Of a DNA stretch of 54,443 nucleotides, positions 1 to 9,219 are shown piece by piece; positions within the stretch are counted from its first letter, which is position 1, and each line of letters begins with the position of its first letter. The position numbers and the translations under genes are program-made. This DNA is from a virus (lineage: Duplodnaviria > Heunggongvirae > Uroviricota > Caudoviricetes). The notes beneath the pieces were generated by a model that saw nothing but the letters and a program-made list of their open reading frames with translations, did no database searches and was not told the origin of the DNA. The DNA lies in the IMG/VR virus record IMGVR_UViG_2579778982_000031; one strand, 5' to 3'.

Positions 1-198
1 GCAGAAGGAGACAGTCCTTTGCGACAAGTTAACCGCTGGTTCAAAGATCACTACGGAGTGCCCGTCAGAGTCATTCGTTGGGAGCCGGAAACACAACGTG
101 TTATCTACCTCCGCGAAGGCTATGAGCATGAGTGCTTCAGCCCGCTCGAACAGTTTCGTCGTAAATTCAGGGAAATAGAGGTCGGTCATGAGCACTAA
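1..198 (+). CDS. 3' end of an upstream gene, truncated by the window edge
   Basis: Open frame from position 1 to TAA at 196-198; overlaps the ATG of the next gene at 188, suggesting translational coupling. No recognisable motif. Confidence 0.3.
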   Translation, partial: AEGDSPLRQVNRWFKDHYGVPVRVIRWEPETQRVIYLREGYEHECFSPLEQFRRKFREIEVGHEH

Positions 199-1129
199 AT
201 TAACCGGCTATGTATGGGATGGTTGCGCTGCATCAGGCATGAAATTATCCAGCGTGGCAATTATGGCCCGCCTGGCTGATTTCAGTAATGACGAAGGTGT
301 GTGCTGGCCATCAATTGAAACCATTGCCCGCCAGATTGGCGCGGGAATGAGTACCGTCAGAACGGCTATCGCACGGCTGGAAGCAGAAGGCTGGTTAACG
401 CGTAGGGCGCGTCGCCAGGGTAACCGCAATGCGTCGAATGTTTATCAGCTTAACGTTGCGAAGCTTCAGGCAGCGGCATTTTCTCAACTGTCAGATTCTG
501 ACCCGTCAAAATCTGACGCATCAAAATCTGACCCGTCAAAATTTGATGCGTCGAAATCTGGCAAAAAAGCGGGTTTTCACCCGTCAGAATCTGGCGGGGA
601 TCCGTCAGTAAAATCAAAACATGATCCGTCAGATAAAAAACCTTCTCGTCCGGACGCTTCGCAACCGGACACGCAGACGGATGAACAGGATTTTTTAACT
701 CGCCATCCTGATGCGGTTGTATTCAGCCCTAAAAAGCGCCAGTGGGGAACGCAGGATGATTTGACCTGCGCACAGTGGCTCTGGAAAAAAATCATCGCCC
801 TGTACGAGCAAGCCGCCGAATGTGACGGCGAGGTGGTTCGTCCCAAAGAACCGAACTGGACAGCCTGGGCAAACGAAATTCGCCTGATGTGTGTGCAGGA
901 TGGTCGTACTCACAAACAAATCTGCGAGATGTACAGCCGCGTCAGCCGCGATCCGTTCTGGTGCCGTAACGTGCTCAGCCCGTCGAAGTTGCGGGAAAAA
1001 TGGGATGAGCTTTCCCTGCGCTTATCACCGTCCGTTAGCACGTACACCGAAAAACGCGAAGACCCGTACTTCAAATCCAGTTACGACAACGTGGACTACA
1101 GCCAGATCCCGGCAGGATTCAGGGGGTGA
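188..1129 (+). CDS. Phage replication initiation protein (O-like, N-terminal HTH)
   Basis: N-terminal winged-helix/HTH-like segment, central DPSKS-type peptide repeats encoded by DNA iterons, position at the head of an early operon before rusA and Q. Confidence 0.6.
   Translation: MSTKLTGYVWDGCAASGMKLSSVAIMARLADFSNDEGVCWPSIETIARQIGAGMSTVRTAIARLEAEGWLTRRARRQGNRNASNVYQLNVAKLQAAAFSQLSDSDPSKSDASKSDPSKFDASKSGKKAGFHPSESGGDPSVKSKHDPSDKKPSRPDASQPDTQTDEQDFLTRHPDAVVFSPKKRQWGTQDDLTCAQWLWKKIIALYEQAAECDGEVVRPKEPNWTAWANEIRLMCVQDGRTHKQICEMYSRVSRDPFWCRNVLSPSKLREKWDELSLRLSPSVSTYTEKREDPYFKSSYDNVDYSQIPAGFRG
489..640. repeat. Iteron-like 15-bp direct repeats inside the replication gene (candidate ori)
   Basis: Four tandem copies of ~CCGTCAAAATCTGAC at 503, 518, 533 and 548, then degenerate copies near 581, 601 and 625 followed by A-rich sequence; the same layout as ori-lambda inside O. 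Confidence 0.5.
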
Positions 1130-1131
1130 TC

Positions 1132-1620
1132 ATGAGTCTTTTGAATGAAGTTCAGAAATTCATTGAAGCCCATCCGGGATGTACTTCCGGAGACATTGCG
1201 GATGCTTTTGCAGGTTACTCACGGCAGCGCGTTCTGCAGTCAGCAAGCAAGTTACGTCAGAGTGGGCGTGTGGCTCACCGTTGTGAAGGAGATACACGCA
1301 GACATTTCCCGCGCCTGACTGAGAGAGCGCAGGAACCGGAACCACAACCAGTTCGAGAAACCAGACCTGTGCGCAATTTCTATGTCGGCACTAACGATCC
1401 CCAGGTGATTTTGTGCCTGACCCGCCAGGCTGAAGAACTGGAGTCCAGGGGCTTATACCGTCGTGCTGCAACCGTGTGGATGGCGGCATTCCGTGAAAGC
1501 CACTCCCAGCCAGAACGAAACAATTTTCTGGCGCGTCGTGAACGGTGTTTACGGAAAAGCAGTAAGCAGGCTGCATCAGGTGAAGAGTGGTATCTCTCAG
1601 GGAATTACGTGGGGGCTTAA
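1132..1620 (+). CDS. PerC/ANR-family regulator-like protein
   Basis: C-terminal motif AEELESRGLYRRAATVWMAAF typical of the PerC/ANR family; ATG at 1132 preceded by AGGGGG; GTG at 1126 is an alternative start. Confidence 0.55.
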   Translation: MSLLNEVQKFIEAHPGCTSGDIADAFAGYSRQRVLQSASKLRQSGRVAHRCEGDTRRHFPRLTERAQEPEPQPVRETRPVRNFYVGTNDPQVILCLTRQAEELESRGLYRRAATVWMAAFRESHSQPERNNFLARRERCLRKSSKQAASGEEWYLSGNYVGA

Positions 1621-2273
1621 TGAGTAATAAATATTGCCAGGCGCTGGCGGAACTGCGGAACAAACCAGCCCATGAACTGAAGGAAGTGGGCGATCAGTGG
1701 CGCACGCCGGACAACATTTTCTGGGGAATTAACACCCTGTTTGGCCCGTTTGTTCTGGATCTGTTCACTGACGGTGATAACGCCAAATGTGCTGCGTATT
1801 ACACGGCGGAAGACAACGCGCTGGCGCATGACTGGTCAGAACGCCTTGCGGAGCTTAAAGGTGCTGCCTTTGGTAATCCCCCATACAGCCGCGCCAGTCA
1901 GCATGAGGGGCAATACATCACCGGCATGCGTTACATCATGAAGCATGCCAGTGCCATGCGTGATAAAGGCGGGCGCTATGTTTTCCTGATCAAAGCTGCC
2001 ACCAGCGAAGTGTGGTGGCCGGAAGATGCAGATCATATTGCTTTTATTCGCGGGCGTATTGGTTTTGAACTGCCTGCCTGGTTTATCCCGAAGGATGAGA
2101 AGCAGGTGCCGACAGGCGCTTTCTTCGCTGGTGCTATTGCTGTTTTCGACAAGACCTGGAAGGGACCGGCAATCAGCTACATCGGGCGCGATGAACTTGA
2201 GGCATGTGGTGAGGCCTTTCTGGCGCAGGTTCGCCAGCAGGCAGAAAAACTGGTCAGGGAGATGGCGGCATGA
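1620..2273 (+). CDS. Phage N6-adenine DNA methyltransferase (Dam-like)
   Basis: NPPY catalytic motif (FGNPPYS) and WRTPDNIF N-terminal motif; start overlaps the previous stop (TAATG). Confidence 0.65.
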   Translation: MSNKYCQALAELRNKPAHELKEVGDQWRTPDNIFWGINTLFGPFVLDLFTDGDNAKCAAYYTAEDNALAHDWSERLAELKGAAFGNPPYSRASQHEGQYITGMRYIMKHASAMRDKGGRYVFLIKAATSEVWWPEDADHIAFIRGRIGFELPAWFIPKDEKQVPTGAFFAGAIAVFDKTWKGPAISYIGRDELEACGEAFLAQVRQQAEKLVREMAA

Positions 2274-2596
2274 CGACGTTAACTCAATGCCAGCAGCAGG
2301 TGCTGGATATGCTGATTTCTTATCAGAAAGAACGTGGCTTCCCGCCAACCAATCAGGAGGTGGCAACCATGCTGGGATACCGTTCAGTGAATGCAGCGGT
2401 GGAGCATCTTCGCGCACTGGAGAAAAAAGGCGTCATCACGATAAAGCGTGGCGTGGCCCGGGGCATCACGCTTCATACCGCGGTGAAGGACGACGACAGC
2501 GAGGCGGTCGGGATTATCCGCTCACTGCTTGCCGGTGAGGAAAACGCCAGGCTGCGTGCAGCCCACTGGTTACATGAGAGGGGCCTGAAAGTATGA
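2270..2596 (+). CDS. LexA-like DNA-binding domain protein
   Basis: Resembles the LexA N-terminal winged-helix domain (ERGFPPTNQEVA...AAVEHLRALEKKGVI); no peptidase domain; ATGA overlap with the upstream gene. Confidence 0.5.
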   Translation: MTTLTQCQQQVLDMLISYQKERGFPPTNQEVATMLGYRSVNAAVEHLRALEKKGVITIKRGVARGITLHTAVKDDDSEAVGIIRSLLAGEENARLRAAHWLHERGLKV

Positions 2597-2982
2597 AGTT
2601 GATCCTTCCTTTCCCGCCCAGCGTGAACACGTACTGGCGACACCCCAACAAAGGGGCATTTGCTGGTAAGAGCCTGATAAGCGCGGCGGGGCGAAAATTT
2701 CAGAGCGCGGCGTGTGCAGCAATAGTTGAGCAGTTACGTCGTCTGCCAAAACCAACGTCGGCACCTGCTTCAGTGGAGATCGTGTTGTTTCCTCCGGATA
2801 ACCGGATCCGCGATCTGGACAACTATAACAAGGCACTGTTTGACGCCCTGACCCACGCGGGTGTGTGGGAAGACGACAGCCAGGTGAAAAGAATGCTGGT
2901 GGAGTGGGGACCGGTTATCCCGGAAGGGAAGGTCGAGATCACTATCAGTAAGTACGAGAAAACGGCGGGTGCAGCCGCCTGA
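2593..2982 (+). CDS. rusA: Holliday-junction resolvase RusA
   Basis: Classic RusA motifs: PPSVNTYW near the N-terminus and RDLDNYNKALFDAL with the catalytic Asp cluster; ~129 aa. Confidence 0.85.
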   Translation: MKLILPFPPSVNTYWRHPNKGAFAGKSLISAAGRKFQSAACAAIVEQLRRLPKPTSAPASVEIVLFPPDNRIRDLDNYNKALFDALTHAGVWEDDSQVKRMLVEWGPVIPEGKVEITISKYEKTAGAAA

Positions 2983-3001
2983 TCAAGAGGAGAAACGAAG
3001 T

Positions 3002-3799
3002 ATGAATAATCTGATGGTCATTGATGGTATTGAAGTTCGTCGTGATGCTTATGGACGTTACAGCCTGAACGATCTGCACAGGGCTGCCGGTTCTCTGGAT
3101 AAGCATAAGCCTGCATTCTGGCTCCGCAATGAGCAAACTGAACGTTTAATAAGCGAGTTGCAGATTTGCAACTCGGTCAATATAGAGCCAGTTAACGTTA
3201 TTCGTGGCGGAAATAACCAGGGGACGTATGTCTGCAAAGAACTGGTGTATGCCTATGCAATGTGGATCAGCCCGTCATTCCATCTGAAGGTGATCCGTAC
3301 TTTCGACATGGTAACCAGCACACCGGAAAAATTATCCGGACAGGCTGCTGACAAGATGCAGGCTGGTGTGATTCTGCTGGACTTTATGCGCCGGGAATTA
3401 AACCTGTCTAACTCATCAGTGCTTGGTGCCTGTCAGAAACTCCAGGAGGCTGTTGGCTTACCGAATCTGGCACCGCGCTATGCCATTGATGCTCCTGCTG
3501 ACGCGCCTGATGGCTCAAGCCGCCCCACGCTGTCACTGAGTGCACTGCTGAGGCAGTATGGTATCCGCCTGACAGCTAATCAGGCATATCACCAGATGGC
3601 GAAGCTGGGGATCGTTGAACAACGCGAACGATACAGCCGTACCGCGATTAACAACATCAAAAAATTCTGGTCGCTGACGGCGAAAGGCTGCATGTTCGGC
3701 AAGAACATTACCAGTCCTGCAAATCCGCGCGAGACGCAGCCGCATTTCTTCGAATCCCGATTCCCTGAGCTGTTAAAGCTGCTCGATACCGTTCATTGA
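3002..3799 (+). CDS. KilA-N domain protein
   Basis: N-terminal KilA-N-like segment (MVIDGIEVRRDAYGRYSLNDLHRAAG); ATG at 3002 chosen over the upstream in-frame start. Confidence 0.55.
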   Translation: MNNLMVIDGIEVRRDAYGRYSLNDLHRAAGSLDKHKPAFWLRNEQTERLISELQICNSVNIEPVNVIRGGNNQGTYVCKELVYAYAMWISPSFHLKVIRTFDMVTSTPEKLSGQAADKMQAGVILLDFMRRELNLSNSSVLGACQKLQEAVGLPNLAPRYAIDAPADAPDGSSRPTLSLSALLRQYGIRLTANQAYHQMAKLGIVEQRERYSRTAINNIKKFWSLTAKGCMFGKNITSPANPRETQPHFFESRFPELLKLLDTVH

Positions 3800-3800
3800 G

Positions 3801-4796
3801 GTGACCGTGAGAGCACTACTGACCCCTGAAATTGCCCCGCGTATGGGGATCGTATTATTCAGGCCTGGTTCAGAGCTGATGCCCCTGTTTATGCAGGGGC
3901 GTGTCCTGCTGGAGCCTGAGCCGGAACGTTATTCATCTTTTGCCAGTGGTGCCGTTCCGGCGGCATCACAACCACTGGCGGATGATCCTGCCGTTCGGGC
4001 CGTGTTCCGTAATGAGGCAGTGATCCGTCGTGCTGGTGGCGTGGAATGTCTTGAAAGCTGGTTACTTCGTGAAAAAGGCTGTCAGTGGCCTCATTCCGAC
4101 TGGCACAGCGAGAACATGACCACAATGCGACACGCTCCGGGCGCAATCCGTCTGTGCTGGCACTGCGATAACCAGCTGCGCGATCAGTTCACGGAACGGC
4201 TGGAATCAATGGCAACGGATAACTGTGCCCGCTGGGTGTTGTCTGTCGTGCGTCGGGATCTCGGTTTTGATGACAGTCACGTTGTGACAATGCCGGAACT
4301 GTGCTGGTGGCTGGTTCGTAATGACCTGGCGGATGCCTTACCGGAAAGCGCAGCCCGTAAGGCACTGAGATTACCGAAGCCTGTTGTGCCGTCTGTCACC
4401 CGGGAAAGTGACCTTGTGCCTTCGGTTCCTGCCACCAGCATCATCCAGGATAAAGCGAAAAAGGTGCTGGCGCTGAAAGTGGATCCGGAGTCGCCGGAGT
4501 CTTTTATGTTACGTCCCAAACGTCGCCGCTGGGTTAACGAAAAGTACACGCGCTGGGTTAAGACGCAGCCGTGTGCATGTTGTGGAAAGCCTGCAGATGA
4601 TCCCCACCACCTGATAGGCCACGGTCAGGGTGGAATGGGTACAAAAGCGCATGACCTCTTCGTGCTGCCTTTGTGCAGAAAGCATCACGACGAGCTGCAT
4701 GCGGATACCGTGGTATTTGAAGAAAAGTATGGCTCTCAGTTGGAGCTGATATTTCGTTTTATCGATCGTGCGCTGGCAATTGGCGTGCTGGCCTGA
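3801..4796 (+). CDS. DUF968 protein (YdfU-like) with C-terminal Cys/His cluster
   Basis: C-terminal CxCCGKP...HHLIGHG...CRKHHDELH cluster; sits just upstream of Q as ydfU does in Qin-type prophages. GTG start at 3801 is uncertain. Confidence 0.55.
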   Translation: MTVRALLTPEIAPRMGIVLFRPGSELMPLFMQGRVLLEPEPERYSSFASGAVPAASQPLADDPAVRAVFRNEAVIRRAGGVECLESWLLREKGCQWPHSDWHSENMTTMRHAPGAIRLCWHCDNQLRDQFTERLESMATDNCARWVLSVVRRDLGFDDSHVVTMPELCWWLVRNDLADALPESAARKALRLPKPVVPSVTRESDLVPSVPATSIIQDKAKKVLALKVDPESPESFMLRPKRRRWVNEKYTRWVKTQPCACCGKPADDPHHLIGHGQGGMGTKAHDLFVLPLCRKHHDELHADTVVFEEKYGSQLELIFRFIDRALAIGVLA

Positions 4797-4813
4797 TTTT
4801 GTGGAGAAAGTTG

Positions 4814-5191
4814 ATGCGTGATATTCAAATGGTTCTGGATCGTTGGGGAGCATGGGCGGCGAGTGATAGTTCAGGAGTAGACTATTCTCCTATAGCTGCT
4901 GGGTTTAAAGGGCTTCTTCCCTATACAAGCAAAACACGTCAGGCATGTTCAGATAGTGATGCATTAATTATTGAAGGTTGTCTTGCTCGTCTAAGGCAAA
5001 AAAGGCCGGACGAACATTCGCTTCTTGTTGCCCATTACCTATACGGTATCTCTAAAAGAAAGCTCGCCAAGGCTCGTAAAAAGGATGAGAAACTAATACG
5101 CATTGAGATACAGATGGCTGAGGGGTTTATTGATGGCTGCCTATCGATGCTGGAAATTAGTCTAGAGATGGACCCCGAAATTAAAGATTGA
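4814..5191 (+). CDS. Late-gene antiterminator Q
   Basis: N-terminus MRDIQMVLDRWGAWAA typical of Q proteins; last early gene before the lysis region; GGAG RBS before the ATG at 4814. Confidence 0.6.
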   Translation: MRDIQMVLDRWGAWAASDSSGVDYSPIAAGFKGLLPYTSKTRQACSDSDALIIEGCLARLRQKRPDEHSLLVAHYLYGISKRKLAKARKKDEKLIRIEIQMAEGFIDGCLSMLEISLEMDPEIKD

Positions 5192-5197
5192 TTATTG

Positions 5198-5224
5198 AAG
5201 CCCGATTACTCGGGCTTTTGTTCC
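5198..5224 (+). terminator. Rho-independent terminator between convergent genes
   Basis: 7-bp stem AAGCCCG/CGGGCTT with loop ATTACT, followed by TTTGTT; lies between the Q stop and the stop of the reverse-strand gene. Confidence 0.5.
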
Positions 5225-6225
5225 ACATCTCGAACATAGAGAATTACTGCTGACTTAATGTCACCATCGACGTGTTTTGCGTTAATGCTCAAATGTACAG
5301 GCTTTCTTTCCCACTCAGCTCGCTGCAATGCTTCTTTGTTTCCGGATTCATCAAGGAAAACATCCTGAACTACGCAGGTTAGACGTTGGTCGGTATCTAC
5401 GCGTCGGACCTTAACTTTGAAACTCTCTGGGTCAGTATTATTGACTTCTTCAATTCGGTAAATACCATCAATCCTCATTTCTGATGAACGTCTACGAGCA
5501 TTCGTAACCAACTCTTTCGCCATTTCAGAATCAATAGTAACGCCATCAATTTGAGCGTTATCTGAACGCACAAAGGATTTGACCATTTGGGTTTTAGCGT
5601 CATACGACATACGGTCCATGTTATCGAGAAGTGGTTTTTCCGCAATCATTTCTGAAATAACCCGCAGGCGTTTAGTTTCTTGCTCGCTCATGATCTGCAT
5701 AGTCCGGAGATGTTCTTTCTCTCCATCCTTAGCAATTTCTGCAAGGCGAATATCTTTACGGTTGTCCAAGAACCGTTTAAATACTGTTACTCCGCCCCAG
5801 ATGACTGCTGCGCCGAGAACAGTAAACATGATCTCAGTTGCGTTCATTTTACCAACAAGTTCCTGTGTGAGTTTGGTTAAAAAGCCATCAATGTTGATTT
5901 CTACTATTGAAGAACCCTGTTCTACCGTAACTTCTATTTCTAGGGCATCAAGTTCTTCTTTGGTCAGTTTGCGGACGTCAGGGACACCGTACTTGGCAAG
6001 GGCATATGATTTGTTGATTTGAGCTTGCATTTCAACAAATCCCTTCATAACTGAAGGTGTTAGCGATCTGTTGAATTTTTCACCGGTTAATCTGATGGTA
6101 AGGTTTGGCCATCCGTTGAAACTTAAACTGTCAGGTAAACCATAACCATCAAGATAGCTTTCAAGCAAATCGAAGGCTTGCTGCTCAGATTCAATGTCTA
6201 CATGAATCTCATCAAACTTATCCAA
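5206..6225 (-). CDS. Hypothetical single-pass membrane protein (moron)
   Basis: 339-aa ORF opposite to all phage genes; one central hydrophobic helix (IMFTVLGAAVIWGGVTVF); charged coiled-coil-like C-terminal half; no recognisable catalytic motif. Confidence 0.5.
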   Translation of the reverse strand: MDKFDEIHVDIESEQQAFDLLESYLDGYGLPDSLSFNGWPNLTIRLTGEKFNRSLTPSVMKGFVEMQAQINKSYALAKYGVPDVRKLTKEELDALEIEVTVEQGSSIVEINIDGFLTKLTQELVGKMNATEIMFTVLGAAVIWGGVTVFKRFLDNRKDIRLAEIAKDGEKEHLRTMQIMSEQETKRLRVISEMIAEKPLLDNMDRMSYDAKTQMVKSFVRSDNAQIDGVTIDSEMAKELVTNARRRSSEMRIDGIYRIEEVNNTDPESFKVKVRRVDTDQRLTCVVQDVFLDESGNKEALQRAEWERKPVHLSINAKHVDGDIKSAVILYVRDVEQKPE

Positions 6226-6400
6226 AAATATGTCCTCATTCTAAGCCAACTGTCACCGTGAGGTTTGGCAACGCCTGCTTTATTTTTCGTTTTAAGCTGT
6301 GTGGCAAAAAAATAATGGAAAAACAGATAAAAATCACTAACGCGGTCCGCATTTTCTAGATTACTGTGTTAAGAGTGGTTACTTCGCCACACAACTTAAA

Positions 6401-6422
6401 CCCGCCGCTGAGCGGTTTTTTT
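6401..6422 (+). terminator. Putative rho-independent terminator (tR'-like) upstream of the late genes
   Basis: GC stem CCGC-TGA-GCGG followed by T7 (CCCGCCGCTGAGCGGTTTTTTT); sits between Q and the lysis genes where lambdoid phages place tR'. Confidence 0.4.
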
Positions 6423-6520
6423 GTACCTGTAAACTTGGTGCAGCACAGTAAACACGCTGGTGGTCGTGAATACTGACTTTTTATCTTGCTGGCTTTTTAG
6501 ACAAGAGTTATTGGTATGTC

Positions 6521-6748
6521 ATGTTAACCAGAAGGGAAAAAGACATGCTAAAACAGCAAGATATGACAGAAACCGCCGCCGCAGTCCTTCATTTCTTACC
6601 TGCTGACAAGTGGGTAACGCCACGCATGATGACGAGAACTACCGGAGTAAGCGAAGCCCGGTGCCAGTTAATACTGACTCAGTTAGTTCTGGCGGGTCTG
6701 GCGAAGGATAACGGCGGGTACGGGAATAAATTCAGACGCTGCCAGTAA
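6521..6748 (+). CDS. Hypothetical small protein
   Basis: 75-aa ORF between the putative tR' and the methylase; no motif recognised. Confidence 0.35.
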   Translation: MLTRREKDMLKQQDMTETAAAVLHFLPADKWVTPRMMTRTTGVSEARCQLILTQLVLAGLAKDNGGYGNKFRRCQ

Positions 6749-6898
6749 TGGCGGTTTCCTGCTGTGAAAATGGGCGGCTGGTGGGTGTTGGTAGCACCTG
6801 CCAGCCATTCGCTCATGCCTACTGGTCACAAGCGAACCACGGCCCACTGCTTTAGCGCAAAAGCAGAGTGAGCCTACCAGAGTTACGCTTACTGATCC

Positions 6899-7951
6899 AT
6901 GAAAAATACTGTAAAAATAAACAGTGTTGATTTAATCAACGCTGATTGCCTGCATTTTATTCAGTCCCTGCCTGATGATTCCATTGACCTGATTGTTACC
7001 GATCCGCCTTACTTCAAGGTGAAACCCAACGGCTGGGACAATCAGTGGAAAGGGGACGAAGATTACCTTAAGTGGCTGGACCACTGTCTGGCCCAGTTCT
7101 GGCGGGTGTTGAAACCTGCCGGAAGCCTTTACCTGTTCTGTGGGCATCGCCTGGCATCTGATATTGAGATCATGATGCGTGAACGTTTCAACGTGCTTAA
7201 CCATATCATCTGGGCGAAGCCGTCCGGACGTTGGAATGGGTGTAATAAAGAAAGTCTGCGCGCATATTTTCCTGCCACAGAGCGCGTTCTGTTTGCTGAA
7301 CATTACCAGGGGCCATATCGCGGCAAAAGTGACGGCTATGCGGCAAAAGAAAGGGAACTCAAACAGCACATAATGGCACCGCTGATATCGTATTTCAGGG
7401 ATGCTCGTGCCGAACTGGGTATAACGGCAAAACAGATTGCCGAAGCCACTGGTAAGAAAAATATGGTTTCCCACTGGTTTGGTGCCAGTCAGTGGCAGTT
7501 GCCGAATGAGGCTGACTACCGGAAGTTGCAGGCACTGTTTTCCCGTATAGCGGCAGAGAAGTTTCAGGAACAACAACTGGAACAACCACACCACCAGCTG
7601 GTGGCATCTTATGATTCACTGAATCGCAAATATTATGAATTGCTGGATGAGTTTAAAACTCTCCGGCGCTATTTCTCCGTATCAGTTTCCGTGCCTTATA
7701 CCGACGTCTGGACGCATAAACCCGTTCAGTTCTACCCGGGTAAACATCCGTGTGAGAAGCCTGCGGATATGCTCCGGCAAATAATCAGTGCCAGTAGTCG
7801 ACAAGGCGATCTGGTTGCTGATTTCTTTATGGGATCCGGTTCCACAATAAAAGCGGCAATGGCGCTGGGGCGTCGGGCGTTAGGTGTTGAACTTGAGTCA
7901 GAGCGGTTTAATCAGACGGTGAAAGAGGTAAGTGAACTGGTGGGGAAATAA
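6899..7951 (+). CDS. DNA methyltransferase (N4/N6 type)
   Basis: Motif IV DLIVTDPPY near the N-terminus and motif I FFMGSGST near the C-terminus (beta-class order); sits between Q and the lysis genes. Confidence 0.75.
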   Translation: MKNTVKINSVDLINADCLHFIQSLPDDSIDLIVTDPPYFKVKPNGWDNQWKGDEDYLKWLDHCLAQFWRVLKPAGSLYLFCGHRLASDIEIMMRERFNVLNHIIWAKPSGRWNGCNKESLRAYFPATERVLFAEHYQGPYRGKSDGYAAKERELKQHIMAPLISYFRDARAELGITAKQIAEATGKKNMVSHWFGASQWQLPNEADYRKLQALFSRIAAEKFQEQQLEQPHHQLVASYDSLNRKYYELLDEFKTLRRYFSVSVSVPYTDVWTHKPVQFYPGKHPCEKPADMLRQIISASSRQGDLVADFFMGSGSTIKAAMALGRRALGVELESERFNQTVKEVSELVGK

Positions 7952-8027
7952 TTCTGGTGGCCACGTTGCGTGGCCTTTTTATTTCCAACACAGCACCCGC
8001 AAATATCGCGAGGTGAGAGATGACGAA

Positions 8028-8363
8028 ATGCCTCATAACCCAAATACCTGGCCAGACTGGCTGGAGTTGTTTCAGAGCTGGTGGCGTGGAGATACGCCAC
8101 TGGGCGCAGTGATTATGTCGATCGTTATGGCTGGCTTGCGCATTGCCTATTTTGGCAGTGGTGGTGGCTGGAAGCGAAAAACGCTCGAGATCTTGCTCTG
8201 TGGTGCTCTGACGCTGACCTTTGCATCCGCTCTTGAGTATGTCGGATGGCCTAAATCGCTTTCTGTTGCCATTGGTGGCGGCGTTGGGCTGATCGGTGTC
8301 GATGCTATTCGTGGGGCTGCAATGCGAGTAATCGGTAACAAATTTGGTAGTTCTAAGGAGTAA
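8028..8363 (+). CDS. Putative holin (three predicted TM helices)
   Basis: Three hydrophobic segments and a charged C-terminal tail (KFGSSKE); immediately upstream of the endolysin; GAGG RBS before the ATG at 8028. Confidence 0.6.
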   Translation: MPHNPNTWPDWLELFQSWWRGDTPLGAVIMSIVMAGLRIAYFGSGGGWKRKTLEILLCGALTLTFASALEYVGWPKSLSVAIGGGVGLIGVDAIRGAAMRVIGNKFGSSKE

Positions 8364-8366
8364 TTT

Positions 8367-8843
8367 ATGCAGGCACTAAATCCCCAGCGTAAAGCTTTCC
8401 TTGATATGGTGGCATGGTCAGAAGGAACGGATAACGGGCGACAACCGACACGTAACCACGGTTATGATGTTATTGTTGGTGGCGAACTGTTCACTGATTA
8501 CTCCGATCACCCTCGCAAACTTGTCAAGCTAAACTCCAAACTCAAATCAACAGCCGCCGGACGTTACCAGCTTCTTTCCCGTTGGTGGGATGCTTACCGT
8601 AAACAGCTTGGTTTGAAAGACTTCTCCCCCAAAAGCCAGGACGCAGTGGCATTGCAGCAGATTAAAGAGCGTGGCGCTTTACCTATGATTGATAGCGGCG
8701 ATATTCGTCAGGCAATCGACCGTTGCAGCAATATATGGGCTTCATTACCCGGTGCAGGTTACGGTCAGTATGAACATAAAATCGGTGACCTGATTGCCCG
8801 ATTTAAAGAGGCTGGTGGGGTGGTAAATGAAGTTGAGTTATAA
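8367..8843 (+). CDS. R: Endolysin, lambda R-like lytic transglycosylase
   Basis: Near-identical from memory to lambda R over most of its length (NPQRKAFLDMVAWSEGTDNGRQPTRNHGYDVIVGGELFTDYSDHPRK...). Confidence 0.9.
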   Translation: MQALNPQRKAFLDMVAWSEGTDNGRQPTRNHGYDVIVGGELFTDYSDHPRKLVKLNSKLKSTAAGRYQLLSRWWDAYRKQLGLKDFSPKSQDAVALQQIKERGALPMIDSGDIRQAIDRCSNIWASLPGAGYGQYEHKIGDLIARFKEAGGVVNEVEL

Positions 8844-9219
8844 GCTGACTATCTCTGCTTTCTTCTTTAGTGTTATTGGCTCTTTCATCTGGTCAGCGAA
8901 TCACTACTACAGCAAATATCAGCACGAAAAGAAACGTGCTGATGAGGCTGTACAAAATGCCAAATCGGCAACTGCCATTACCAATAACGTCCTGCAATCA
9001 CTGCAAATCGTCAATACAGTACTGGAGGCTAACCAGCATGCAAAACAGCAGATCGCACTGGAGTCACAGAGAACCCAGGAAGATATCAAAATGGCTGTTG
9101 CGGATGATGATTGTGCTTCACGTGCTGTGCCTGCTGCCGCTGCTGACCGGTTGCGGAAGTACGCGGACAGTTTACGTGAGCGTTCCGGTGGCACCACTGC
9201 CACCCAGCCTGACTTCTGA
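8827..9219 (+). CDS. Rz-like i-spanin
   Basis: N-terminal TM anchor (LTISAFFFSVIGSFIWSANHYY) then coiled-coil periplasmic domain; directly after the endolysin. Confidence 0.7.
   Translation: MKLSYKLTISAFFFSVIGSFIWSANHYYSKYQHEKKRADEAVQNAKSATAITNNVLQSLQIVNTVLEANQHAKQQIALESQRTQEDIKMAVADDDCASRAVPAAAADRLRKYADSLRERSGGTTATQPDF

Noticed and set aside
1836-2417. 193-aa reverse-strand ORF inside the Dam-like methylase gene
   Set aside because: Fully antisense to a motif-supported gene; typical shadow ORF.
6932-7594. 220-aa reverse-strand ORF inside the DNA methylase gene
   Set aside because: Antisense to a gene with clear methylase motifs; no RBS or motif support.
5192-8027. Shiga toxin or other toxin cargo between Q and the holin
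   Set aside because: The ORFs here are a membrane protein, a small unknown and a DNA methylase; no A/B-toxin-like pair is present.
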